This document shows, in pieces, positions 10,514 through 19,345 of a stretch of 64,000 bases of DNA. A program made the position numbers and the translations under genes. Within the stretch, counting starts at the first letter, position 1. The number at the start of each line of letters is the position of its first letter. The notes under the pieces are model-generated. The model ran no database searches, was not told the DNA's origin, and worked only from the letters and a program-made list of their open reading frames with translations. The DNA is from Chitinophagales bacterium. GTDB lineage: Bacteria; Bacteroidota; Bacteroidia; Chitinophagales; LD1. Location: assembly GCA_044225825.1 (NCBI GenBank), contig JBGAIB010000010.1, positions 20,699 to 84,698 of the forward strand, in the 5' to 3' direction.

Positions 10514-10599
10514 TGGTACCGAAGGTGGGAATCGAACCCACACACCCGGAGGGTACACGATTTTGAGTCGTGCGCGTCTACCAGTTCCGCCACTTCGGC
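10514..10599 (-). tRNA. tRNA-Leu (anticodon CAA), type II with long variable arm, CCA encoded
   Basis: Reverse complement reads GCCGAAGTGGCGGAACTGGTAGACGCGCACGACTCAAAATCGTGTACCCTCCGGGTGTGTGGGTTCGATTCCCACCTTCGGTACCA. Acceptor GCCGAAG/CTTCGGT, anticodon loop CTCAAAA, T-arm GTGGGTTCGATTCCCAC. Confidence 0.88.
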
Positions 10600-10612
10600 A
10601 GCTTTGGGAGCG

Positions 10613-10642
10613 CAAATGTAAAAGAAATCGGAAGCCCTGCAA
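10613..10642 (-). promoter_or_regulatory. Putative promoter for tRNA-Leu: -7 box TACATTTG and -33 TTG read on the minus strand
   Basis: The reverse complement of 10613-10620 is TACATTTG; a TTG sits 19 nt upstream; the tRNA 5' end lies about 14 nt downstream. Confidence 0.45.
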
Positions 10643-10659
10643 ACACTTTTATAAGCAGC

Positions 10660-13275
10660 TTATACCTGTTCTTCTAATTCTTTGTATTTCATAATCTGGT
10701 CGAGCGCATCGGGAACTACATCGCTGATAATGGTGATGAAGGAGCCTTTCTCGGCATTTTTAATGGCCCAGTCGATGGCTTCGCTTTCCAGCTTCAACAC
10801 GGTTATTTTTTTGCCGGGGTCGATGTTCTTTATACCCGTGGTAATAAGGCTGATGATCTCGTCCTCGGTTTTTCCGCGCAGGTTTTTATCCTGCCGGATG
10901 ATGATCTCATCAAACACTTTTGCGGCCTCTTCGCCCAGTTCAATGGTATCCTGGTCGCGGCGGTCGCCTACCCCTGCTACGATGCCTACCTTTTTAGTGG
11001 CATCTACCTTACGCACAAATTTGCCTATGGCCTGCATACCGTGGGCATTATGGGCGTAATCGATTAACACCGTATAATCTTTAAAGCGGAACATATTCAT
11101 ACGGCCCGGTGTTTGCGCCGGCGATGGGGCAAAAGTTTCGAGCGCTTGTTTAATATCTTCTGTTTTGAAATCGAACAAGTAAGCTGCCAATACTGCGGCC
11201 AGGGAGTTTTGTATGTTGAATTCAGCTTTGCCACCGAAGGTGAGCGGCACGTTGGCTACCTTATCGACACGGATTTTCCAGTTGCCTTTTAAGATGGTTA
11301 TAAACCCGTTTTCAAATACACAGGCAATGCCATGATTGGCACAATGCTCTTTAATACGCGGGTTGTTTTCGTCCATGCTGAAGAGCGCAATTTTGCAATC
11401 CAGTTCTTCGCGCATTTTGTAAACCAGGTCGTCGTCGGCATTTAATACGGCATAGCCTCCCGGCATTACCGATTTGGCCACCACTGCTTTTACGCGGGCC
11501 AGTTGTTCCAGTGTATCGATGCCCTGCAGGCCCAGGTGGTCGGCGGCAATATTGGTAACCACTGCCAGGTTGCAGTTATGGAAACCCAAACCGGCGCGCA
11601 GAATACCTCCACGGGCACATTCCAGCACGGCAAAATCAACGGTAGGGTCCTTCAACACAAACTCGGCACTGATGGGGCCTGTACAATCACCGCGCATCAT
11701 CAGTTGATTTTGCACATAAACGCCATCGGTAGTAGTAAAGCCAACTTTGTGGCCCATTTGCTTTACAATGTGGGCTATTAGGCGGGTAGTGGTTGTTTTA
11801 CCGTTGGTACCTGATACGGCTATAATGGGAATACGTGCAGAGGAACCCGGAGGATAGAGCATATCAATTACAGGTTCGGCTACGTTACGGCCAATGCCAT
11901 CGGTGGGGTCCAGGTGCATACGGAAGCCTGGTGCAGCGTTTACCTCCAGCACAGCACCACCATTTTCATTAATGGGCACAGTAAGGTCTTCGGCCATGAT
12001 GTCTATACCGCAGATGTCAAGCCCAATAATGCGGGCTATACGTTCGGCCATCATAATATTACTTGGGTGTACCAGGTCGGTAACATCGGTGGCAGTGCCG
12101 CCCGTAGAAAGGTTAGCGGTTGGTTTTAACCACAACTCATAACCATTATCCAGCACAGAATCGAGTGTGAGATTCTTATCTTTTAGAATGTTCAGCGTAA
12201 AGTCATCCACCTTAATAGCAGTCAGCACTTTTTCGTGTCCATATCCACGGCGGGGATCGCTGTTAACAATATCAATCAATTGCTGGATGGTGTGCTTGCC
12301 ATCGCCTATTACAGCCGCCGGTGTGCGCAATGCCGCTGCCACAAATTTGTAGTTGATTACCAATACGCGGTGATCGCGACCGGTAATAAACTTTTCGCAG
12401 ATAACTGCGCGGCCATATTTTTTTGCTGCCGCCATGCCTGCCAGGGCTTCTTCCCAAGTGCGCAGGTTAGTAGTGGCGCCTTTGCCGTGGTTACCATCCA
12501 GTGGTTTGGTAACAACCGGGTAGCCGATTTTTTTGATCGCAGCAGCTAAATCGTCTTCGTCGTAAACTACCGATCCACGAGGTACGGGCACTTCGGCAGC
12601 TTCCAGCAGGTTTTTGGTATCTTCTTTATCGCAGGCAATTTCTACAGCGATGGAAGAAGTGGTAGAAGCTACGGTTGCCTGTATGCGTCTTTGATTTTTC
12701 CCGTAACCCAATTGTACCAACGAGTGCCGGTTGAGGCGTATCCATGGGATATTGCGTTTGATTGCTTCCTCTACAATTGATCCTGTACTTGGCCCCAGGC
12801 GTTCGTCTTCTCGTATTTCGCGGAGCTTTTGAATATCGGCGGCTAAATCATACTCCACATTGGCAATAAGCGCTTCGGCAATAGATACGGCTGCTTTAGC
12901 TGCGAAAACACCGGCCTTTTCCTCGTAATACGAAAACACTACGTGGTATACACCAGGCGTGCTTGTTTCGCGGGTGCGTCCAAAGCCGCAGTCCATACCG
13001 GCAAGGGTTTGTATTTCGAGGGCAATGTGTTCAATTACATGTCCCATCCAGGTGCCTTCTTTAACGCGAGAGAAGAAACCGCCCTCGGTGCCTTCGCTGC
13101 ACCGGTGCGAATACATGGTAGGGAACATCTTTTCGATACGTTCGGAAAAGCCGGGTATTTTATTGGTGGGCTTTTGCTCCATGTCCTCCAGATCGAGGCG
13201 CATTACAATTAACTTGTGACGTTTATTGCTCCAGTAGTTGGGGCCCTTCATTACTTTAATGTCGATAATCTTCAT
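10660..13275 (-). CDS. cphA: Cyanophycin synthetase
   Basis: 871 aa; CphA N-terminal domain (MKIIDIKVMKGPNYWS), ATP-grasp middle domain and C-terminal Mur-ligase-like domain (IIAVSGTNGKTTTTRL). Confidence 0.9.
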   Translation of the reverse strand: MKIIDIKVMKGPNYWSNKRHKLIVMRLDLEDMEQKPTNKIPGFSERIEKMFPTMYSHRCSEGTEGGFFSRVKEGTWMGHVIEHIALEIQTLAGMDCGFGRTRETSTPGVYHVVFSYYEEKAGVFAAKAAVSIAEALIANVEYDLAADIQKLREIREDERLGPSTGSIVEEAIKRNIPWIRLNRHSLVQLGYGKNQRRIQATVASTTSSIAVEIACDKEDTKNLLEAAEVPVPRGSVVYDEDDLAAAIKKIGYPVVTKPLDGNHGKGATTNLRTWEEALAGMAAAKKYGRAVICEKFITGRDHRVLVINYKFVAAALRTPAAVIGDGKHTIQQLIDIVNSDPRRGYGHEKVLTAIKVDDFTLNILKDKNLTLDSVLDNGYELWLKPTANLSTGGTATDVTDLVHPSNIMMAERIARIIGLDICGIDIMAEDLTVPINENGGAVLEVNAAPGFRMHLDPTDGIGRNVAEPVIDMLYPPGSSARIPIIAVSGTNGKTTTTRLIAHIVKQMGHKVGFTTTDGVYVQNQLMMRGDCTGPISAEFVLKDPTVDFAVLECARGGILRAGLGFHNCNLAVVTNIAADHLGLQGIDTLEQLARVKAVVAKSVMPGGYAVLNADDDLVYKMREELDCKIALFSMDENNPRIKEHCANHGIACVFENGFITILKGNWKIRVDKVANVPLTFGGKAEFNIQNSLAAVLAAYLFDFKTEDIKQALETFAPSPAQTPGRMNMFRFKDYTVLIDYAHNAHGMQAIGKFVRKVDATKKVGIVAGVGDRRDQDTIELGEEAAKVFDEIIIRQDKNLRGKTEDEIISLITTGIKNIDPGKKITVLKLESEAIDWAIKNAEKGSFITIISDVVPDALDQIMKYKELEEQV

Positions 13276-13413
13276 GCACGGTGGTTTTTGTTAAGGCTAG
13301 TTGCACAGGTAATTATTTGCAATTTAAAATTTTAGCACCATTGGTTTAGTTTGTTGAAAAATACTTAGACTTTTAGAGGGTGTTTAAGCAATTTTGCGCC
13401 CTTAACGCAGCGA

Positions 13414-14286
13414 ATGACACCAAAGGGGAAATTGATTGCCATAGGAGGTGCCGAAGACAAAGGCACTGATTTAGAGGCAGGTATAATAAAACGTAGTCAG
13501 CTTAATTTTTTTGAGATAGGGATTTTAAAAACCATTTCGGATTTATTGGCGGACAAAGGCAATCGTATAGAGATTGTTACCACAGCTTCCTCGATACCCG
13601 ATGAGGTAGGAGAGAACTATGTAAGCGCTTTTGCCAAACTGGGTTGCGGCAATGTAGGTCATCTGAAAATACGCGTGCGCGATGATGTTTTTACACCGGA
13701 CTATATTGAGCGGATTAAGACCTGTAAGGCGGTGATGTTTTCAGGCGGCAACCAGTTACGGTTATCATCCATTTTCGGTGGGACTGAGTTTTTGGACATT
13801 GTGATCAGCCGCTATTTGCACGAAGATTTTATTATAGCCGGCACCAGCGCAGGTGCGATGGCTATGAGCAACACCATGATATACGAAGGCAATGCCACCA
13901 ATGCGCATTTAAAAGGTGAAGTAAAAATTACTACCGGCCTGGGTTTTATCAATGGCGTAATCATCGATTCGCATTTTAATAAGCGCGGGCGTTTCCCCCG
14001 ACTGGCGCAGGCAGTTGCCGCCAATCCCGGTGCCATTGGTATTGGGTTAGGTGAAGACACCGGCGTAATTGTGGTGAATGGAGAGGAGTTACAGGCTATA
14101 GGCTCCGGTGCTGTAATGATTCTGGACGGGCGTAACATCCATTACAATAACATCGCTGATATTGAGTTTGATGAGCCTATATCGGTTGAGAATATTATTG
14201 TGCACGTAATGGCCAAAGGGAATAGTTATAATGTGCGCACCCGTAAGTTTAAAGCTGCTGAGGTGATTGTTAAGCCTGCAGAATAG
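13414..14286 (+). CDS. cphB: Cyanophycinase (peptidase S51)
   Basis: 290 aa; MTPKGKLIAIGGAEDKG…, catalytic Ser in GTSAGAMAMS; divergent from cphA. Confidence 0.88.
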   Translation: MTPKGKLIAIGGAEDKGTDLEAGIIKRSQLNFFEIGILKTISDLLADKGNRIEIVTTASSIPDEVGENYVSAFAKLGCGNVGHLKIRVRDDVFTPDYIERIKTCKAVMFSGGNQLRLSSIFGGTEFLDIVISRYLHEDFIIAGTSAGAMAMSNTMIYEGNATNAHLKGEVKITTGLGFINGVIIDSHFNKRGRFPRLAQAVAANPGAIGIGLGEDTGVIVVNGEELQAIGSGAVMILDGRNIHYNNIADIEFDEPISVENIIVHVMAKGNSYNVRTRKFKAAEVIVKPAE

Positions 14287-14297
14287 TCAATTGCTTT

Positions 14298-15233
14298 TTA
14301 CCTGTAGATAGCTGCTTCTTCCTGTCCATCGCTGGTTTTAAGCCCCCGGTACATGCCTTCGCTGTTAAAGCAAAGTTCAATGTTTCCGTTTTGGTCTATT
14401 GCTATAAGACCGCCTTCGCCTTGTAAAGCTACCAGCTTTTTCATCACTACTTCTTCGCAGGCCTGTTTTAGAGTGAACCCCTTGTATTCCATCAGGCAGC
14501 TAACATCATAAGCCGTTACGGCACGGATAAAGAGTTCGCCATGGCCGGTGCAGGAAATGGCGCAGGTATTGTTATTTGCGTACGTACCTGCCCCGATAAT
14601 GGGAGAATCGCCCACGCGCCCAAATTTTTTGTTGGTCATGCCGCCGGTGGAAGTGGCTGCGGCCAGATTGCCCTGCTGATCCAACGCTACAGCTCCCACG
14701 GTGCCGAATTTTTTATCATCCCCGGTTTGGACGTTGTGATCCAGGAAGGAGCTATCTTCTTCTTTAGCTTTGAGGAATTGCTGATATCGGAAGTCGTCGT
14801 CAAAATAGGTGTCGGGCATAAAGGTAAGGCCCTGCAGTGCCGCAAATTGCTCGGCTCCTGCACCACACAAAAAAACATGGTCGCTTTTTTCCATTACAGC
14901 ACGGGCGAGTGTAACGGGGTTCTTTACATTTTTAATGAGTGATACGGCACCTGCGGAGCGATCTTTACCCCACATAATACTGGCATCCATTTCATGCTTG
15001 CCCTCGTTATTAAAAACTGCACCTCTGCCGGCATTAAACAACGGACAATCCTCCAGGTTACGCACGGTGGCTTCTACAGCATCCAAAGCACTGCCTCCCC
15101 GGGCAAGTATGTTATAACCTTCCTGTAATGCGGTTTGTAAGGCCTGTATATATAACTGTTCTTTTTCGGCGGTTAAAGAGGAGCGCAGAATGGTGCCTGC
15201 GCCGCCGTGTAAGGCAATTGCAAATTTGCTCAT
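14298..15233 (-). CDS. iaaA: Isoaspartyl dipeptidase / plant-type L-asparaginase (Ntn hydrolase)
   Basis: Start set at MSKFAIALHGGAGT (the track ORF extends to 15323 with an Arg-rich, implausible leader). Autoproteolytic GTVGAVA motif. Completes a cyanophycin-to-Asp/Arg degradation set. Confidence 0.82.
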   Translation of the reverse strand: MSKFAIALHGGAGTILRSSLTAEKEQLYIQALQTALQEGYNILARGGSALDAVEATVRNLEDCPLFNAGRGAVFNNEGKHEMDASIMWGKDRSAGAVSLIKNVKNPVTLARAVMEKSDHVFLCGAGAEQFAALQGLTFMPDTYFDDDFRYQQFLKAKEEDSSFLDHNVQTGDDKKFGTVGAVALDQQGNLAAATSTGGMTNKKFGRVGDSPIIGAGTYANNNTCAISCTGHGELFIRAVTAYDVSCLMEYKGFTLKQACEEVVMKKLVALQGEGGLIAIDQNGNIELCFNSEGMYRGLKTSDGQEEAAIYR

Positions 15234-15429
15234 GCGGCTAAAGTAGAATTTTTCATGCTTTGCAGCTTTGGGTTGCCGGCTTGTCCTAATTCTTCTAATT
15301 CTTACTGAAAGGGATGAAGCCATGTGTTGATGTCTATCTTTACGTTAAGAGTTACTAAATAGGCTGTTTACGGTCTGGCATCTTGTGTAAAGCGGCCGCA
15401 GTAACATCTACTAACCAAAACAGCAGCAG

Positions 15430-16287
15430 ATGAAAAACGTTATCCTAACAGCAGTTACACTGCTCGTGCTAATCAGTGGCGCGTGGGCGCAGGGGGCAAA
15501 AACCGCAGAAACTAAATCAACTACCCGCGGTAGTGTAGCAGATACCATAGAGGCAATCTATCTGGATTCTGCATCGGTACACCTGTATATACCGGGCAGT
15601 ATAAGTAAGGGTTCAAACGGTGCGGGTTTGGCCTACAACCCCGTTAAGAAACTGTATTATGCGGCTTTTGCCGGCAACAGTTCATTTCCATTAATAGTTT
15701 TTAAAGCAAATGGCGATGTACTTGCTGATACCTGCATTACCGGTATTGATTTACGGGGTATATGGTATAATAGCAAAACCGGCATGCTGGAAGGGAATGG
15801 GTATTCGACGGAAGGCATTGTACAATATAAAACAGATAAAAAGGGTGTGCCGGTGAGCTATGTGGTAGTATTAGAAGATCTGGAGCAGCCCGATGATAAC
15901 AGCACTGCTGCATTTGATGCCATGAATAATGAGCTGTTGTTTCTGGACCCTGACTTTGGACTTGAGGATGTAGAAATTGTACGGTATAACAAAACCACCG
16001 GACAAAGATTAGGCAGCATGACGCTTTATGTAGATGCAGAAACTATAGATTACCTGAATACCTCTACCGTAGTATATACCGGTATTAAAGGCGCTGAACT
16101 GGGTATACTTGATTACGACCTTGCCATTATACATCTGTTTGATATGGCTACAGGAGATGAGGCCAAAACAGTGTATTTGCCCTATGATGCTTTAACACAG
16201 GACCGTTTCAATTTTTCGTATGCCAACGGCATGTTTTGGTTGTTTGATACGGAGTACCGGGTGTGGGATGGATTTAAAATGAAGTAA
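15430..16287 (+). CDS. Hypothetical secreted protein
   Basis: Signal peptide MKNVILTAVTLLVLISGAWAQ; no recognisable catalytic motif. Confidence 0.6.
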   Translation: MKNVILTAVTLLVLISGAWAQGAKTAETKSTTRGSVADTIEAIYLDSASVHLYIPGSISKGSNGAGLAYNPVKKLYYAAFAGNSSFPLIVFKANGDVLADTCITGIDLRGIWYNSKTGMLEGNGYSTEGIVQYKTDKKGVPVSYVVVLEDLEQPDDNSTAAFDAMNNELLFLDPDFGLEDVEIVRYNKTTGQRLGSMTLYVDAETIDYLNTSTVVYTGIKGAELGILDYDLAIIHLFDMATGDEAKTVYLPYDALTQDRFNFSYANGMFWLFDTEYRVWDGFKMK

Positions 16288-16373
16288 TACAATCCCCGGC
16301 TTGTAAAGCACAAACGCCAAATACGAACACAGGTGGCAGAGGCGGCGTAAACGGTAAGCAAAACCTGTTAACT

Positions 16374-16886
16374 ATGCCACCCATCAACGCCACATTTCCT
16401 GCACAAGTAGGACACCATTACGATGTTTTAAGTGATTTCGATGCAGCCTGCAACGTACTTAACCGCAGCATCCTGCATTTTTACATGGCTCCCAAAAACC
16501 TGGTGAAAAAGGCCGGGCCAATCCTGGAGAAATTTGTTTCGGCTTTTCCGCCAAAAGGAAAGAAGGCCGATAAACAAAACATGAACAGCGTATTGGAATT
16601 TATTGATAAGCTGGATGACTTTACTGCCAAAACCATTGAGTTGTACGAAGAACACAAAATGTACAATGCAGAAAGTGCTGCTTACCTGAACAAGATAAAG
16701 CAATTACACCGCAAGTATCAGAAGAACAGTACCCTTTTTACGAAGGAGTATGCCCAACTGGCACCGGAGTTTGTAGTGTTGCAAAACGAGTTGGATAAGA
16801 TTACCGAGAAAGCCGTGAACGTTAGCGGCATGCTGAAAGATATAGAAGAGAAGTGGACCGCACTCAGCAAGTCCATTAACATATAA
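16374..16886 (+). CDS. Hypothetical protein, helical and K/E-rich; an alternative start at 16485 is possible
   Basis: 170-aa ORF followed by a strong terminator; no recognisable family. Confidence 0.5.
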   Translation: MPPINATFPAQVGHHYDVLSDFDAACNVLNRSILHFYMAPKNLVKKAGPILEKFVSAFPPKGKKADKQNMNSVLEFIDKLDDFTAKTIELYEEHKMYNAESAAYLNKIKQLHRKYQKNSTLFTKEYAQLAPEFVVLQNELDKITEKAVNVSGMLKDIEEKWTALSKSINI

Positions 16887-16913
16887 GAGTGGTTTTTTGG
16901 TTTCACACAGGGC

Positions 16914-16942
16914 CTTCCGGGCTTCGTGCCCGGAAGTTTTTT
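16914..16942 (+). terminator. Rho-independent terminator
   Basis: CTTCCGGGC-TTCGT-GCCCGGAAG followed by TTTTTTC. Confidence 0.7.
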
Positions 16943-17031
16943 CTCCTTACCTGTTAACTACCGAAAGCGACTGATGTAACAATTGGGTGTTGATTATTGT
17001 GCCGCCTACGGCCAATTTTCTTCGCCCTTTT

Positions 17032-17595
17032 TTAAATTTCGCCCTTATCGAGCAGCAATTTTGTTTTCAGGATACTTGCCACCGACAGGCCATCGCGAAT
17101 TTCGCCACGCATGCACATTTCGTAAACTTCGTTAAAAGGCAGTTTACGTAAGGTAAGTTGTTCGTCTTCTTCGGGTTCGGCGCCTATATAGCTTAGTCCG
17201 CGTGCTACAAACGTATAGGAGATCTCATCGGTTGTACTGTTGGAGAGCTGCATCTCGAGGATCATCGTCATTTTTTCAGCTTTTAAACCTACTTCTTCGT
17301 GCAGTTCGCGATGTGCGGTTGCCTCGGGTGAAGTGCCAAGCGGGCAGCCCCCTTCGGGTACTTCCCATTCATAGCTGTTTAAGGGGTACCGGTATTGCCC
17401 TACCAACCAGGTGTTATTGTTTTCGTCGAGCGGTATGATTGCAATAGCCAGCGTTTTAAAATGAACCACGCCATAAATGCCGTTGTTGCCGGCTGGGTTC
17501 AGCACTTTGTCTTCAATAATGCCAATCCATTTGTTTTCGTATTTCACCTCCGAGGACAGTTTGGTCCAGGGGTTTGGCGCTTCGTTCATTTTCAT
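17032..17595 (-). CDS. NUDIX hydrolase (ADP-ribose pyrophosphatase-like)
   Basis: Nudix box GGCPLGTSPEATAHRELHEEVGL. Confidence 0.85.
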   Translation of the reverse strand: MKMNEAPNPWTKLSSEVKYENKWIGIIEDKVLNPAGNNGIYGVVHFKTLAIAIIPLDENNNTWLVGQYRYPLNSYEWEVPEGGCPLGTSPEATAHRELHEEVGLKAEKMTMILEMQLSNSTTDEISYTFVARGLSYIGAEPEEDEQLTLRKLPFNEVYEMCMRGEIRDGLSVASILKTKLLLDKGEI

Positions 17596-17600
17596 AGCAG

Positions 17601-18347
17601 CTATTTTACGCGGGCAACGATAAAGATAGAAGTGCTGAGCATAGGTACGGTAGTGGTATCGGTATTAAAGATGTTATTTACCAGCCAGCGTTTCAGGGTA
17701 CCTTCCTTCAATACATCCATAGGAGCCGTGATGTATTTCATTTCCATGATCTCGAAACCTGATTCTTCCAGTAATTTTTTAATACGCGGTTTAGTATAGA
17801 TACGTGCATTGGCAAAGCGCTCGTGTATGGGGCGCGGCAGCCAGCTAAAGAAGGGCACCCGGTTCCAGGGCAACAAAGGCAGGTTAGCGCCGTGAGTTTC
17901 GAATACCCACCATTTGTTAGGAACCGAAATGGCGCATAAGGCTCCCGGTTTTAACCAGCGCGTAAAACGTTTTACGGTTTCTTCGCTATTAAAGTGTTCA
18001 ATTACTTCAAAGCAAATAAGACGGTCGTATTGTTGTGGTAGGTCTTCGTGTTCAATATCCTTTATTACAATATCGCAGTTGGTAATGCCCTGGGCCTGTT
18101 TTGCTTTATTAAACTCGGCCGTATGGTCAAAAATATCAACGCCGGTGCAGCTTTTCATTGCGCCGCTCATTAGTAAAAGGGTAGCTCCGTTACCGGCACC
18201 TATTTCAAGCAGGTTCAGATTTTTATCGCAAAAACCGGGTATTTGTTTTACCAGGTCTACACGCCGGGTAATAATTTTATCGGTGCTATCGGCAGGGCGG
18301 CCCAGGTAATGTGCACCATCAAAAAGGGTTTCATCTACACGCGTCAT
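17601..18347 (-). CDS. Class I SAM-dependent methyltransferase
   Basis: Motif I LLEIGAGNGAT; stop/start overlap with the upstream CDF gene. Confidence 0.8.
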   Translation of the reverse strand: MTRVDETLFDGAHYLGRPADSTDKIITRRVDLVKQIPGFCDKNLNLLEIGAGNGATLLLMSGAMKSCTGVDIFDHTAEFNKAKQAQGITNCDIVIKDIEHEDLPQQYDRLICFEVIEHFNSEETVKRFTRWLKPGALCAISVPNKWWVFETHGANLPLLPWNRVPFFSWLPRPIHERFANARIYTKPRIKKLLEESGFEIMEMKYITAPMDVLKEGTLKRWLVNNIFNTDTTTVPMLSTSIFIVARVK

Positions 18348-19342
18348 GCTTCCAATCCGTGTCTTTGGTTACGTAATACATTTTCCAGGTTCCACTCAAT
18401 ACGCGCTTTAAAAGGCTGTTGCCTTACCGGGCAATCACTAATCTGACATATAGCGCAACTACGCGGCAGGCAGGGGTCGCCGTGGATAAAGAATTCTACC
18501 TGCGTGGCATATTTATCATTCACTGTTTTCGCTATTTCTTCCAATAGATTATGTGCTTCTTCCATGGTATCGTACCAAGGCACCGTTGCATGGCAGTCGA
18601 TATGCAACTTGTTACCATACTGGATGATGCGCAGGTTGTGCACGTCAATCCATTCGGGTTTGCGATGGCTGTTCAGCAATTCAATAACGGATTTAACCGT
18701 TTGTTCGTCCACCTCATCCATAATACCGCCAATAGAACGGCGTAGCAACTTGATACCCGTAACTATAATTACACCACCAAAGATGATGGCTACCACGTTA
18801 TCGAGAAAGTAAAGTTTGGTAAGCAGTATTAAGCCCAGGCCAACCAGGATGCCGAAGGATGAATAAGCATCGCTTTTAAGGTGTTCGCCATCGGCTTTTA
18901 AAACCAGCGATTTTTCTTTTTCTCCACTCTTAGCCAGGTAATACCCGAGAAAATAATTAATGACACCGGATACGACCACAATGCCGATACCAATATCAAG
19001 ATGCTCGAGCGTACGTGGTTCGAAAAAGGCGAAGATGCTTTTGGTAATGATGAGGATTCCGGCGATGATGATTAGAATACCTTCGAAGCCGGCGGAGATA
19101 AATTCCACCTTGCCATGACCATAGGGGTGATCGTAATCCTTTGGCTTGCCTGATAAATAAAGGCTATACAGAGCAAATGCACCGGCCACCACGTTGATGA
19201 TAGACTCCAGCGCATCGGTAAGGATGGTATTAGAATGGGTGAGGAGGTAAGCAATGAACTTGGCCGACAGCAACAATACACCTGCTACCAGAGCAACAAG
19301 CTGGTAATTAAAAAGGCGCTGTTCGGTTGAGTTTTTTTCCAC
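18344..19342 (-). CDS. Cation diffusion facilitator (CDF) family metal efflux transporter with a Cys-rich C-terminal tail
   Basis: Six TM helices, HxxxD-type motifs, C-terminal cytoplasmic domain plus the extra tail HGDPCLPRSCAICQISDCP. Confidence 0.82.
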   Translation of the reverse strand: MEKNSTEQRLFNYQLVALVAGVLLLSAKFIAYLLTHSNTILTDALESIINVVAGAFALYSLYLSGKPKDYDHPYGHGKVEFISAGFEGILIIIAGILIITKSIFAFFEPRTLEHLDIGIGIVVVSGVINYFLGYYLAKSGEKEKSLVLKADGEHLKSDAYSSFGILVGLGLILLTKLYFLDNVVAIIFGGVIIVTGIKLLRRSIGGIMDEVDEQTVKSVIELLNSHRKPEWIDVHNLRIIQYGNKLHIDCHATVPWYDTMEEAHNLLEEIAKTVNDKYATQVEFFIHGDPCLPRSCAICQISDCPVRQQPFKARIEWNLENVLRNQRHGLEA

Positions 19343-19345
19343 CTG

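Noticed and set aside
10167-10642. Track ORFs 10167-10364, 10276-10479, 10391-10621 (plus) and 10215-10541, 10324-10593, 10439-10642 (minus), which encode near-identical peptides
   Set aside because: They are translations of the tandem tRNA-derived repeat units and the tRNA itself, not genes
9998-10660. Looked for an integrase or prophage boundary next to the tRNA-Leu att-like repeats
   Set aside because: No integrase, recombinase or phage-like ORF occurs within the window on either side. The repeats are tandem rather than flanking an island.
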